Assembly (NCBI GenBank): GCA_965116875.1
Contig: OZ220733.1
Coordinates: 2,208,001 to 2,272,000 of the forward strand
Length of the DNA stretch: 64,000 nt
From: Candidatus Latescibacterota bacterium
GTDB taxonomy: Bacteria > Latescibacterota > UBA2968 > GCA-2709665
Direction of reading: 5' to 3'
Part shown: positions 27,820-37,596 of the stretch, piece by piece
Layout: every line of letters starts with the position of its first letter
Numbering within the stretch: the stretch's first letter is position 1
The notes under the pieces: generated by a model
What the model was told of the DNA's origin: nothing
Databases searched by the model: none
The model's input: only the letters and a program-made list of their open reading frames with translations
Program-made: the position numbers and the translations under genes

Positions 27820-28560
27820 TTACCAGTGCGAATCCCCGAGGTGGCCCTTCATCGGGAGGCCGAGCGCACCGGCGATTCTTTCCGCGAAGGCGCGAACCCC
27901 CGGCAGTTCGGTATAGTTGTGCGAATACACCAATACGTTGACGTTGTTGTACTTCGCGTACTCCAGCAGGTAAAGATTCGTCTCCCCGGTGACGTAGAGG
28001 TCGATATCGTAACTCAGCGCATCTCTTACAAGCGTTGTATAGATTCCCGCGCCGGTTGCCGCTGCCACCCTCAGCACGGGATGGCCGGCGTCGTGCACTC
28101 TGCAGGGCTCTTCGGTCATCAGATACGAGAGTCTGTCGCGCAACGCCGCCAGGCCGACGGGCTCGCAGAGTTCCCCCACTCTCGCTTCCGCATGAGGCAA
28201 TACCGCCAAAGGCGCACAACCCAGTTCCGACAGCAGCGATGCAGACGTCCCGAAGTCCGCCAGGTCCAGCGGAAGATGCGCCCATACGTGCGTGAGTCCG
28301 CAATCCTTCAACAGGGACTGTACCTCCTCCCGCTGCTCAAACATGAAATCCCACGCGTCGTGATGCGTCACGATGAGGTCCACATTCCGATCGACCGCCG
28401 TCCGAATCGTCTCCGGCGTCATCGTGGTCGCATAGCCCACCGCGGACGGATGTCCACAATGATCGGCAATTCCCCATTCATCCGGGTGGTCGTCGAGCAA
28501 TTCCCTGCCGAACATGCCATCCAGTATTTCGCGGATCATAAGTTCGCCCCGGATGTTCAC
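27820..28560 (-). CDS. Nif3/YbgI-like dinuclear metal-centre protein
   Basis: DLIVTHH, AHLPLD, DLYVTGE, H..TE..G. Confidence 0.85.
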   Translation of the reverse strand: MNIRGELMIREILDGMFGRELLDDHPDEWGIADHCGHPSAVGYATTMTPETIRTAVDRNVDLIVTHHDAWDFMFEQREEVQSLLKDCGLTHVWAHLPLDLADFGTSASLLSELGCAPLAVLPHAEARVGELCEPVGLAALRDRLSYLMTEEPCRVHDAGHPVLRVAAATGAGIYTTLVRDALSYDIDLYVTGETNLYLLEYAKYNNVNVLVYSHNYTELPGVRAFAERIAGALGLPMKGHLGDSHW

Positions 28561-28663
28561 GGGTGAATCGGCTCCGCGCCCGTACTACACGAAACGTCGG
28601 ACGTCGAGCCGGACCGCCATGATCAACACACACAAGTGTGTGTGGTCTTATTTCTCCACTGCG

Positions 28664-29551
28664 TCACAGGACCATCCACACGCCACCCACGCAGAGTATC
28701 ACGCCCGCCACCAGCGGTAACGTCAGCTTCTCCTTCAGAAAGATGACGGACATCATCAGTCCCAGAACGGGTGACACGGACGCCAGCGTGGCCATCTTGG
28801 CGGGCCCGATCCGGGCGATCGCCATCACGTAGAGCAATGACCCGGCGCCCACGCCCACAATTCCGCTGGCGGCCACAACCAGCAGCGCCCGCCGGTCGAC
28901 GTCGCGGATGCGCATCACGGGTCCCGCCCACGCACGGGCGAGAAAGAGAACGGCGGCCGTGAGCGGCACGCGGACGCTGTTGGCCTGTACGGACGTCATT
29001 TGCGCGATCGCCGGTTTGAGCATCACCGTACTCAGGCCCCACAGCAGGCAGGCGAACAACGCGAGGGAAACGCCGAGAGCGAGCCGGTCTGGCCGCTCGC
29101 GCTCAGGTTGTCGAGACCGGCTCGAAAGAAAGACGACCCCCAACGCCACAAGGCAGATGCCAAGGAAGAAGCGCCGGCTGAACGGATTCTGCAGCAGCGC
29201 CCACTCAAAGAAAAAAGTGGACAGGGGGAAGGTCCCCGAGAGCGCCATCGCGCGCGATACCCCGATCTCCTTGATCGCCGCGAGGTACATGGTTTCGCCC
29301 ACGGCCATCCCGATCAGCAGGCCGCCCAGCAGGAGCGCCCACTCCGTTCCGGTTACCAGCGAATAGCTGGAAAGCGGCCGCCCGAACGGAAGCATCGCCC
29401 AGAAGAAGACCGTGGCCACGGCGCACCGGATGCCGTTCATCATCGCCGGCGGAATGGCCTGCGACTGCGTGCGGACCATCAGGCTGTTGACCGCCCAGAC
29501 CAACGAGCAGGACAGTCCGAAGATCTCACCCGCTGAGATTGAGAATCCCAA
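28664..29551 (-). CDS. EamA/DMT family transporter
   Basis: About 10 TM segments in two repeats; AIKEIGVSRA...PL, IGPAK...SPV...FLKEKL; TTG start uncertain. Confidence 0.88.
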   Translation of the reverse strand: MGFSISAGEIFGLSCSLVWAVNSLMVRTQSQAIPPAMMNGIRCAVATVFFWAMLPFGRPLSSYSLVTGTEWALLLGGLLIGMAVGETMYLAAIKEIGVSRAMALSGTFPLSTFFFEWALLQNPFSRRFFLGICLVALGVVFLSSRSRQPERERPDRLALGVSLALFACLLWGLSTVMLKPAIAQMTSVQANSVRVPLTAAVLFLARAWAGPVMRIRDVDRRALLVVAASGIVGVGAGSLLYVMAIARIGPAKMATLASVSPVLGLMMSVIFLKEKLTLPLVAGVILCVGGVWMVL

Positions 29552-29676
29552 TCATGTTCCCAAGAAAGGAAGACGTATCAATATACCTGGCAAGTACGGG
29601 GATGGGGAATCGCCGCAAAGGAAGCGGTGGGCCGGCGGGCCCGGCCAGACGTGGAACCTGTGCCGACCAGTGCCGG

Positions 29677-30084
29677 TCAGACCTCGTATTTGCGACTGAC
29701 GATGGGTACGCCGGGCTCGTTGGCGATCACGTAGAAGACCAGGTCTTCGGTGTCGCTGGCGTTCCGGATTCTGTGCCGGGTGCAGGCCGGCTGCATGAAG
29801 CAGTCTCCGGCGACGGCTTCGGTGGATTGCCCTTCACGATCCACCACGGCGCGGCCCGATACGACGATGAAGAACTCCCACATCCGGTCATGCGAATGTA
29901 CCGGACACGGGCGCGCACCGGGGGGCAGACGCGTCAGTTCCACGTCGAACGGATGCGGCGATTCCGGGGTATTTCCCAGGGCAACCGAGACATGGCGGCG
30001 ATAGCGTTCGTAGTTTCCGGTGCTCCACGTCCACTTCTGATGTTCTTCAGGCACGTCGTCCAGATTGATCTTCCAGGGAGTCAT
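29677..30084 (-). CDS. Cupin domain protein
   Basis: LPPG..PCPVHSH...EFFIVVSG...GD......H.IRN. Confidence 0.85.
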   Translation of the reverse strand: MTPWKINLDDVPEEHQKWTWSTGNYERYRRHVSVALGNTPESPHPFDVELTRLPPGARPCPVHSHDRMWEFFIVVSGRAVVDREGQSTEAVAGDCFMQPACTRHRIRNASDTEDLVFYVIANEPGVPIVSRKYEV

Positions 30085-30339
30085 GAGTCAGACACCTCCA
30101 GGTGTGGTTGGGAGGACAATGCGTATCACTGAGCGTAGGCCTGCCGTCGGACATTCCGGGTAGGTCAACGATTTGATAACGTCATGCGGCGATGCCAGGT
30201 TTGTTTCTCGACGGTGAGTGCGAAATTTCCTGCGGGGATGGAGTTGATGACGTTAATGCGCGAGGAGAGTGAGCCGCTATCAACAATCTGGCGGACGTGT
30301 TAACCCGCGGCTACAAGGTACTGGCGAGGCTGGTAGTAT

Positions 30340-30527
30340 TCAGCCTGCGGTCGACTCTGACTGACCAACGTCTTCGATCCGCTTTCGCAGTAAGGAAGTA
30401 AATTCCCTTCGGCTCGTTTTTTCTCGCTCCGTAGTGTCTCGATATATTGCCGGCAGATTATAGTTGAATTTCCTCGTATCGCCTCGCGTTTCTTCCTGAA
30501 CTCCTCGACAATTGGATCTCGCCACAC
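30340..30527 (-). pseudogene. Frameshifted small antitoxin-like protein (WRDPIVEE type)
   Basis: VWRDPIVEEFRKKREA in one frame continues as RKFNYNLPAIYRD..ERE in another; shift near 30475. Confidence 0.55.
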
Positions 30528-30739
30528 AACGTCATTGTTCCGATGGTACCTGGCCACGGATACGGATCCTTGCTTCCGTGACTGCCACTGATGTGGGAAT
30601 TCAGGATCTAAACACCATCCACGGCTGTACTTATCGGTCTACAACATCAATATGCCTGATTCCTCTGCGAAGTTTCCGCAGTAGTCTCTTCGCCAACTGT
30701 ATGGAGCAACTATACTGAGTCAGCTTACTCTTTGGCAGA

Positions 30740-31162
30740 CTAAGAATCCTCCGACTGCCTCAGGAATTCATCTGGAGTGAGAATCTCCATACCACGAAAG
30801 GGACTCAACGCCAGCATGTCGTCATCGCCACTGATGATAAAATCAGCTGCTCCACTTATCGCAAGTTCGAGGAACTTATCATCTTTGGGATCTCGGCAGA
30901 TCCTGATATGGGCATCAGGCTCAATGAATCTTGCCCGCCGTACCAACGCTTGAAGGAATTCGTCCCGCTCCTCTGCGGACACATATCGCCCAAACTTCGC
31001 CCGACTTATCACTTCGGCTATTTCCTCCAATGCTGGCATGGATAGCAATATCTGACCGTTTTGAAGCGCATTCCGAACCGCTTGACCGGGCTTCGAATTT
31101 TTAAAAATGAGCGCACTGACAAGGACGTTCGTGTCGAAAACATAGCGGGCATTACTGTTCAT
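30740..31162 (-). CDS. PIN-family putative toxin (PIN_3/TIGR00305-type)
   Basis: VFDTNVLVSA, CRDPKDDKFLELA, IISGDDDML, ILTP.EFL. Confidence 0.9.
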   Translation of the reverse strand: MNSNARYVFDTNVLVSALIFKNSKPGQAVRNALQNGQILLSMPALEEIAEVISRAKFGRYVSAEERDEFLQALVRRARFIEPDAHIRICRDPKDDKFLELAISGAADFIISGDDDMLALSPFRGMEILTPDEFLRQSEDS

Positions 31163-31379
31163 TCAGGATGGACTCCAGAATCTCCGACGTCATGCCTCGC
31201 TCCTCTGCCTTGCGACTGATCTCGTCCATAACCACTTCAAGCGGCCGTTGCGCACGTCCCACATCGCTAAGCTTGAGGCTGAGCAGGGCATTCAACTTGC
31301 GTTGTTCCACGTCGCTGGCTGCCTCATAGGTCTGAGCCGCATCAGTGCTGACACGAATTCGAATCACTCTTGTTTCCAT
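31152..31379 (-). CDS. Putative antitoxin of the PIN toxin
   Basis: Small ORF overlapping the toxin start; ISRKAEERGMTSEILESIL C-terminus typical of such partners. Confidence 0.75.
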   Translation of the reverse strand: METRVIRIRVSTDAAQTYEAASDVEQRKLNALLSLKLSDVGRAQRPLEVVMDEISRKAEERGMTSEILESILNEQ

Positions 31380-31620
31380 TCCGTTCTCCATTTCGATTCT
31401 CAATCAAGCGAATCAGAAGAATGCAATCCAAATTTACCCTTACGATCCTCGATCAACAAGGCAAATCCCACGCCAACGGATTTTTCGGGTCCATTTTTGG
31501 CGGACTGCCAGAGTCCCGGGGAAAGGGCGAATGTGCAAATACTCGCTCAACGTCTTGCAAAGTTCGGATTCGAGAAAACAAGGTGACGCTCCACAACCAG
31601 TTACGTAGGTGTCATCCAAA

Positions 31621-32316
31621 TTAGACCGTCGAAGTCTGTTTTCTGTTCAGTTCTGTCAGTGACATCCTTCCATCAGGGTTCCGATACAGCCACATCCGCA
31701 TGTTCTTCTTGACGTTGGGCCACTCGCTGTCCATCAGCGCGTACCAGGCTGTGTCCCGGTTTCGTCCCTTGATGATCATGTGCTGTCTGAAAACCCCCTC
31801 GAACCGGAAGCCTAGACGCAACGCCGCCAATCGGGATCGCTCGTTCAGCGAATCGCACTTCCATTCGACCCGCCGGTATTCCAATCTGTCGAAGGCCTCG
31901 CAAAGCATCAGGTACACGGTCTCGGTGTTGACTCTCGACCGCTGGGAATCCGGCGAATACCAGATATGGCCCAATTCCAGACGTCGCATATCGGAAGCGA
32001 CGTTCAGGAAACTTGCCATCCCGACCCGCCGACCGGATGCACGATGGTGGACGGTCAGGAAGAGCGGGTCGATTGACAAGGCCCCTTCCTCGAGCCACGC
32101 TTGCATGGCGTACACGCTGTCAAATGGACCGTAACCCATGTAAGTCCAGATCTGTTCACACAATTCAGACCCATGGGAGCCCTCGAAGAGTTCCTCGGCG
32201 TCGGCCGACGGGCTGACGGGCGACAGGGTAACGAACTTACCCTCATAGTGAGTCCGTCGGGGGATTTCAACGTTGGCGGCGGTTTCTACGACATATCCGT
32301 GGGGCAGAGACGGCAT
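31621..32316 (-). CDS. RimJ/RimL-type GNAT acetyltransferase
   Basis: LELGHIWYS, YRRVEWKCDSLN, RLGFRFEGVFRQHMIIKGRNRDTAWY. Confidence 0.9.
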   Translation of the reverse strand: MPSLPHGYVVETAANVEIPRRTHYEGKFVTLSPVSPSADAEELFEGSHGSELCEQIWTYMGYGPFDSVYAMQAWLEEGALSIDPLFLTVHHRASGRRVGMASFLNVASDMRRLELGHIWYSPDSQRSRVNTETVYLMLCEAFDRLEYRRVEWKCDSLNERSRLAALRLGFRFEGVFRQHMIIKGRNRDTAWYALMDSEWPNVKKNMRMWLYRNPDGRMSLTELNRKQTSTV

Positions 32317-32387
32317 GTCGATTCCCTTATGTGTGAGACAGATTTGTATAACGACGCTCTAACGAGGGACCACGTCGACCGGGCCAC

Positions 32388-32816
32388 TCAGTCGGACTGC
32401 TCAGAAAACGTCTCCTCGCCCCGTTCCTTCTGTTTCCGTCTGATCTCCGTGATGTCTTCGTCGGTCAGACGCTCCTGGTCAGACACATGTGTCTTTTCGA
32501 TGAATTCCAGTTTCAATTCACGCCTGGTGAGCCACTCCCAGCCATCGACATTCGCCGGATGAGGATGCGGATAGATATCCTCAGGCCCGATCCCCTCGGA
32601 AACGGTATAGAGAAATCCGGGCGTGACGCCATCGTGCTTCACCCGACAATCATCGGACAGCGACTCGCCCGGGCAAGACCTGCTGACAAGCGAGGGTCGG
32701 TGCGAAAACGCTTTCGCCAGGTTCCGGATCTGCGTGATCGAACTGCCAACGCGAAGTTCGGTCAACTTCTGCTGGGAACCATGGTACCAGGTAAGATCGA
32801 AATTGCACTCCGGCAT
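32388..32816 (-). CDS. Hypothetical protein, possible ADP-ribosyltransferase fold
   Basis: WYHGS...S.T...A.AF...GFLYTV...EW pattern; product call is speculative. Confidence 0.55.
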   Translation of the reverse strand: MPECNFDLTWYHGSQQKLTELRVGSSITQIRNLAKAFSHRPSLVSRSCPGESLSDDCRVKHDGVTPGFLYTVSEGIGPEDIYPHPHPANVDGWEWLTRRELKLEFIEKTHVSDQERLTDEDITEIRRKQKERGEETFSEQSD

Positions 32817-32817
32817 G

Positions 32818-33469
32818 TCAATCCTGACATCGTGATCGTGGAACCGAAAGCGCCGGCGATCCCCACGTCCCGTCCTTTCGTCTGTGGATGAAGATCGGAT
32901 TCCCGCCGGTATCGGCGATCATGGCGACGCGGCAGGTGGAGAGTTCGTGCGGACCCCACTCAATCGGCACGCCTTTACGGGACAGTTCATCGAGCGCATC
33001 GTCGAAATCCTCAACAGCGAGGGAAAGACCGGTACCGCCCCTGCCGCTTGACAGTGGCGCGCCGGCGTACGTCCCAAAGAGGACCAGTGTGACGGGCGGA
33101 ATCGAGAACGACGTCGAACCCGCCGGCCGGCAACGAATCCGGATCCAGCGCATCCGCAACCCGGAATCGCGCATCCGCGCCGGCTGCGGAGGAACGTTGT
33201 CTCGCGCGCTCGATGGCAGCCTCCGAGACGTCGATACCCAGGTACCGATATGCCAGCCCGGACAGAAAGATCCCCACCGTACCGTCACCGCAACCCACAT
33301 CCAGTATCCTCGTCTGCGTCGGTGAATGTCGGATTCGTCCGAGCATTCCCTTCAGGCGCCGAAGTTCCCGCTGCGATCCCCCCTCACCAAGGAACGTCAG
33401 GCCTTCTTCATAGGCCACGCGATAGTTGTGATCGTATGCCTTATAGTAGGTACCGTCGTCAAACTTCAT
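32818..33469 (-). pseudogene. Chimeric remnant: N-terminal half of class I SAM methyltransferase joined out of frame to C-terminal half of a VOC protein
   Basis: RILDVGCGDG..GIDVS..FDVVLD in frame 33011-33469; LAVEDFDDALDEL..KGV...CRVAMIAD.GGN...IHRRKDGT in frame 32818-33300; junction near 33100. Confidence 0.7.
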
Positions 33470-33515
33470 CTTTATATGCGACGTCCTGTCGTCAAACGTC
33501 CCGAAATCTATGGCT

Positions 33516-33788
33516 TCATCTATCTCGGCTGGAGTAGGACGTGGATACGCTCCGGTTCCCGATGATCGCTGACAGGATTCCGAGGAACAGGGCCAGCTTC
33601 AGGGATGCAAACCACGAGATTTCACCCGCGATGAGTCCCTGTTCGACCGCCCCGGGGAACAGATCGGGAATCGTCCACGCCCAGAGGATCTTGATGAGAA
33701 ACAGGGCGGCAAAGATGAGCCCTGCCGCCAGCAAAAGAAATCCCTGAAGCGCTGCCGCGAGACCTGCCGCGAGCCATCCTCTTTTCAT
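33516..33788 (-). CDS. Small membrane protein, hypothetical
   Basis: GGAGAGG RBS, two hydrophobic segments, WAWTIPDLFPGAVEQGLIA motif. Confidence 0.65.
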   Translation of the reverse strand: MKRGWLAAGLAAALQGFLLLAAGLIFAALFLIKILWAWTIPDLFPGAVEQGLIAGEISWFASLKLALFLGILSAIIGNRSVSTSYSSRDR

Positions 33789-33971
33789 ATTCCTCTCCGC
33801 TTGAAATGACATCTACCGACATTTTCGACGAGACTTCAACGCAAAAGCGACCTCGACGTGAGGCCGCTCTTTGATCTTACAATCCTCTGAATCCGATCCT
33901 GGCAACGGGACCTGATGCGTATCCTGTTCCACCCGTCTCTGAGGCGGTCCGCCCGGGGTGCCGTCGGTCGC

Positions 33972-36900
33972 TTACAACTCGACCGGCTTCAGGGAGTGGG
34001 TGCGCGTTTCAAACTCACACCCGGTGAGCAACCGCGAAAGCGTGTTGGTCATCCGGACGGCAATTCGGTTTTTCCCCGGTTTCAGCCACTCTGTCCTGGC
34101 CGTCCACTTGAACGGCGCCCATGCCCTCGTCCCAAGGGAGCGGCCGTTGATGGCCACCTCAACGATATCGGTTACGTCCTTGAGTTCCTCCTCGAGCGAG
34201 AAGAGGAACTGCTCTGACTCGGGTAGTTCGGCAAACGTCATATCCTTCGTATAAACAACCGTTCCCGCATAGTATGGCATTTTCTGGTCGTCGAGTTCGC
34301 CCGGGAAACCACGGTCGACCGGAGCGACCATTCGCAGGTTTTGGTTCAGCCAGCGCCTCACGCCGAATTTGCCGAAGAGATAGAAGGCGTCGACCAGACC
34401 CTGATTGAGATCGTCGAGCTCCACCCGGATTGCAAGGACGTTTCTGCCGGTGTTCACGCGACGCACAACCGCGCAGGTGACGTTGTTGTGATCGTAACGA
34501 AACGTGGGACGGAAGGCCTTTCCCGGCAGGCGGACACCGTTCAGAAAGATCTGGTAATCTCCCAGAATTGCGCTGCGGTCCATCACCAGGGAGAGCTTGG
34601 ACGGCACGACGTCGGCTAAAAATGCCGTCCTGAACCAGCAAACCAGTGGAAACTCGATGCCCGGTCCCGCGGTTTTGCCGGGGCCGGCGTTGTTGAACGT
34701 AAAGGGCAGGCCGGAAAGGGACGGCAGATCACCGATATGTTCAACCACCGGTTTGGGGGTTACGGACGTCCACCGGTTGTCCCTGTAGCCGGGGTTGTGC
34801 CAGCCCTGATCGAGCCCCTTGTTTTGCGGATCGAGTTGCATCTGGAACCTGTCCATGCGAAGACAGTTGTCTTCTTCGGCATCGACTTTCCACGCTCCAC
34901 TCATGTCGGGACGCAATACGACCGCCGTTTCCGATTCCGGCAGCGGCTGGGGTTTGTCTTCCGTTACGACAACAAGGTGGGATTGCAGGCGATCGAAGTC
35001 GAGGTTGAACCTTATCCGATCGGCGTCCCGCTCCGCCGTCATCGGGGTCCGCCGGCCGGTTTCCAGGTCCCACCGTTCCACCTTTCGGCGACGAGACGGC
35101 ACCCGTACCGTGACCCGGGACGTAAAGGCGTTTTGATCGGTATTCGTAAAGAAAAACAGATCCTCGTTCGACGTTTCCCTTCTCTGCGACATGACCGCCG
35201 ACCCGTTTTTCTTGTCGGTCTCCACGATCACGTCGGGGGGAAGGATTCGATGGAGAAGATCCGCAAGCATTCGCGCGCCGCGGTTTTTTTCGACGGAACC
35301 TCCCGTACGGATGAAGTAGAGGTCGCCTCTTTGTATAAGATGTACGCCCAGTTCGTGGCCAATATAGTCACGCCTCATTCTGCCGGGTTCCATGTCGGTC
35401 AGACGGGAGAATGCCTCCACTACCGAGGGGCCCTCCTGGATGTCTTCTATGGGAAGCAGACCGAGACAGATGACTTTGCCGCCGGCATTGATAAATTGCC
35501 GGATGCGCTCGAACGCGTCTCGCTCCAGGTTTGTCATGGGCGGCAGGATGAGTACATCGTAGCTGGTTCCCTCGGTCTGAAGTTGGCTTCCGGCGACGTC
35601 GGCCGCCGCGAGGGTTTCCGGATCCAGGGAGTCGAACTCGCGCTGCATTTGACAAAGGGACTCGATGAGATACGCCCAATCCGACGCGAGACGCCCGGTA
35701 AGCTTGGCCTCATCCTCATCGTAACCGATATATTCCCATCCGAGGCCCGGACTGCCGAGGTGCGCCCAAAGGCTCGTTACCGGATCGAGAAGGGCCAGAT
35801 TGGCTCTTCGTCGTCCCTGGCTGAGGGCGTATGAGAGACGGCCGGCGTAGTCCGCCAGCAGCCGGAAATGTTTCCAGTACGGGTTCTGGTGGAAAATTGA
35901 CGGCGGGCTGTGGTGCTTGCGCAGCCCGTCCAGCGTGTAGGACAATCCCCGTGCGTGAAACAGGTTGGCGCCAAGGGCGCCCATCCGGTCGATCGTCCAC
36001 TTCATATCCTGGAGCGTCAGCGACCATCCGGTATCATTGAAACACGTGTTGAACGCGCGACCGCCGTCGTGGGCGGATACCGAGAACCTCGGGTTGCGTC
36101 GGTAAGCGGCGGCATGCGCGTCCCGTTCTTTGAATCCGCCAACCTTTTCCCCGCCTCCGCAGGTACCGGGAATATGGACGTGTCGCCTGTGGGCGTTTCT
36201 GAAGACCGTCACGTCAGAAGCGTGCAGCACGTTGCGTTTCGCGCACCACGTCTCGAATGCCTTATGAAAATTATCTCTGAGCATCTCACTCAGCGTCTGG
36301 AAGTAATCGTACCGGATCCGTGCCGTATTCGGACCGAAATAGGTCATCAGTGCCGGCAGACAGTTGAGGAGGTCATACTGGTTGCGCTCCCGGAATACCC
36401 GGGGCAACGTCGGAGACCAGGGCCATCTGCCCGGCATGGATAACGCCTCGGTGGTCAGAATGCCCTGGATCGCGCCGCCGAAGCTGTCCGACAGCCCGTT
36501 GGCGTACCGTCCGTGGGTGGTCTCGAGATAACAGGCCACGGCTTCGGCGTTGAATGGATCGAAGTGGATTCCATGGGGTTCTTCCGCATCGCTTTCCCTC
36601 TGGATGAAGACAATTACTCTCCAGCGTCCCGGCGGCGCCTTCCAGAAAAGCCGATGCATGAGATGGCGGGCGAGAAATCTCTTGTTGTGGTATCCTGCGA
36701 CGTCAGCGTGTTCCCTGTAGATTTCATGACTCTGGTTTGCGCCTATATATTCTCCGATGTCCTCCACACTCTCCCACAGGCACCGGTCCCGTTTGAGCGG
36801 CACGGCGAGGGCGCGCAATACGGTGCCCCACGGCAGATCCATGTCGACCTGCTGACCTCCCTGAACCGTGATCTCATCGAATGTAAGGTGTTGGCCCCGA

Positions 36901-37214
36901 TACTGGGGATGGCCCAACGATACCTGGCCCCCGCTGATGCCGTGCGGGTGGGGAAATTCATCGTGCAGCCAGACCTGAAGTCCGCACTCACTGGCGGTTT
37001 CCACCGCGAGCCGAACCCGATCGAACCAGATTCTGGAAAGGTACGGGATTCTGAGCCCCGGACCCGCGGAGAGACAGAAACCCCCAAGGCCCTTTTCGCT
37101 CATCTCCCGGATCTGGCGCACGATCTCTCCCTCCTCGATCGTGCTGTTCCATTCCCAGGAAGGCAGGACCCGATATGGCGCCGGAGGATTCAGGAATGTG
37201 CTGGTGTCCATCAT
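33972..37214 (-). CDS. Large glycoside hydrolase, GH106 (alpha-L-rhamnosidase-like) architecture
   Basis: F.NPP..YR..P.W.WN, QIREM...G.GG, YLS..WF, WLHDE, GW..T..DMKW..D, C-terminal V.INGR..G..AWAPF...G.N.I.V..TNTL. Confidence 0.75.
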   Translation of the reverse strand: MMDTSTFLNPPAPYRVLPSWEWNSTIEEGEIVRQIREMSEKGLGGFCLSAGPGLRIPYLSRIWFDRVRLAVETASECGLQVWLHDEFPHPHGISGGQVSLGHPQYRGQHLTFDEITVQGGQQVDMDLPWGTVLRALAVPLKRDRCLWESVEDIGEYIGANQSHEIYREHADVAGYHNKRFLARHLMHRLFWKAPPGRWRVIVFIQRESDAEEPHGIHFDPFNAEAVACYLETTHGRYANGLSDSFGGAIQGILTTEALSMPGRWPWSPTLPRVFRERNQYDLLNCLPALMTYFGPNTARIRYDYFQTLSEMLRDNFHKAFETWCAKRNVLHASDVTVFRNAHRRHVHIPGTCGGGEKVGGFKERDAHAAAYRRNPRFSVSAHDGGRAFNTCFNDTGWSLTLQDMKWTIDRMGALGANLFHARGLSYTLDGLRKHHSPPSIFHQNPYWKHFRLLADYAGRLSYALSQGRRRANLALLDPVTSLWAHLGSPGLGWEYIGYDEDEAKLTGRLASDWAYLIESLCQMQREFDSLDPETLAAADVAGSQLQTEGTSYDVLILPPMTNLERDAFERIRQFINAGGKVICLGLLPIEDIQEGPSVVEAFSRLTDMEPGRMRRDYIGHELGVHLIQRGDLYFIRTGGSVEKNRGARMLADLLHRILPPDVIVETDKKNGSAVMSQRRETSNEDLFFFTNTDQNAFTSRVTVRVPSRRRKVERWDLETGRRTPMTAERDADRIRFNLDFDRLQSHLVVVTEDKPQPLPESETAVVLRPDMSGAWKVDAEEDNCLRMDRFQMQLDPQNKGLDQGWHNPGYRDNRWTSVTPKPVVEHIGDLPSLSGLPFTFNNAGPGKTAGPGIEFPLVCWFRTAFLADVVPSKLSLVMDRSAILGDYQIFLNGVRLPGKAFRPTFRYDHNNVTCAVVRRVNTGRNVLAIRVELDDLNQGLVDAFYLFGKFGVRRWLNQNLRMVAPVDRGFPGELDDQKMPYYAGTVVYTKDMTFAELPESEQFLFSLEEELKDVTDIVEVAINGRSLGTRAWAPFKWTARTEWLKPGKNRIAVRMTNTLSRLLTGCEFETRTHSLKPVEL

Positions 37215-37305
37215 GCGGCTGTCCGGTTGCCGAAGCGAGGACTGCCCGCGCAGGATTCCCGTGCGGATTCCCCGCCGTCCGGTTTGGGTGTACACTACGT
37301 CCGGG

Positions 37306-37596
37306 TCACGTCACTGATACGCAGGTTTCACACAGATACGTTACGGTTCGATAACGTTCCGCGAGGCGGGTGAGTTTGATCCGACCCTCTTTCTCTCCGC
37401 AGCGCTCGCAGGGACGCTCGAGGCGGGTTATCGACCCGGCCTCAGGCGCCGCCTCGCAGACTTCGCAACGATAAGTGACCTGTTTCTCGCCGTTCACGAC
37501 CCGGGTGGAGACCCGTGTGGCGGTACGCGTTTCACACGTTTCACAGAGCACCGGAAATGGCTTCTCCCGAAGCTGGCGCTGCCTGATATTCGACAC
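37306..37596 (-). CDS. Small zinc-binding protein with two tandem McsA-N-terminal-like CxxC...CxxC units
   Basis: LCETC..RTAT...TRVVNGEKQ...RCEVC and PCERC......LTRL......YLCETC; GTG start. Confidence 0.65.
   Translation of the reverse strand: MSNIRQRQLREKPFPVLCETCETRTATRVSTRVVNGEKQVTYRCEVCEAAPEAGSITRLERPCERCGEKEGRIKLTRLAERYRTVTYLCETCVSVT

Noticed and set aside
31404-31620. Possible RAYT transposase remnant (NPLAWDL peptide on minus strand)
   Set aside because: Match is too short and surrounded by stops; cannot be supported.
24440-33788. Bona fide integron with attC sites
   Set aside because: Only isolated core-like heptamers; no paired R''/R' boxes with L-box symmetry after gene stops and no intI.
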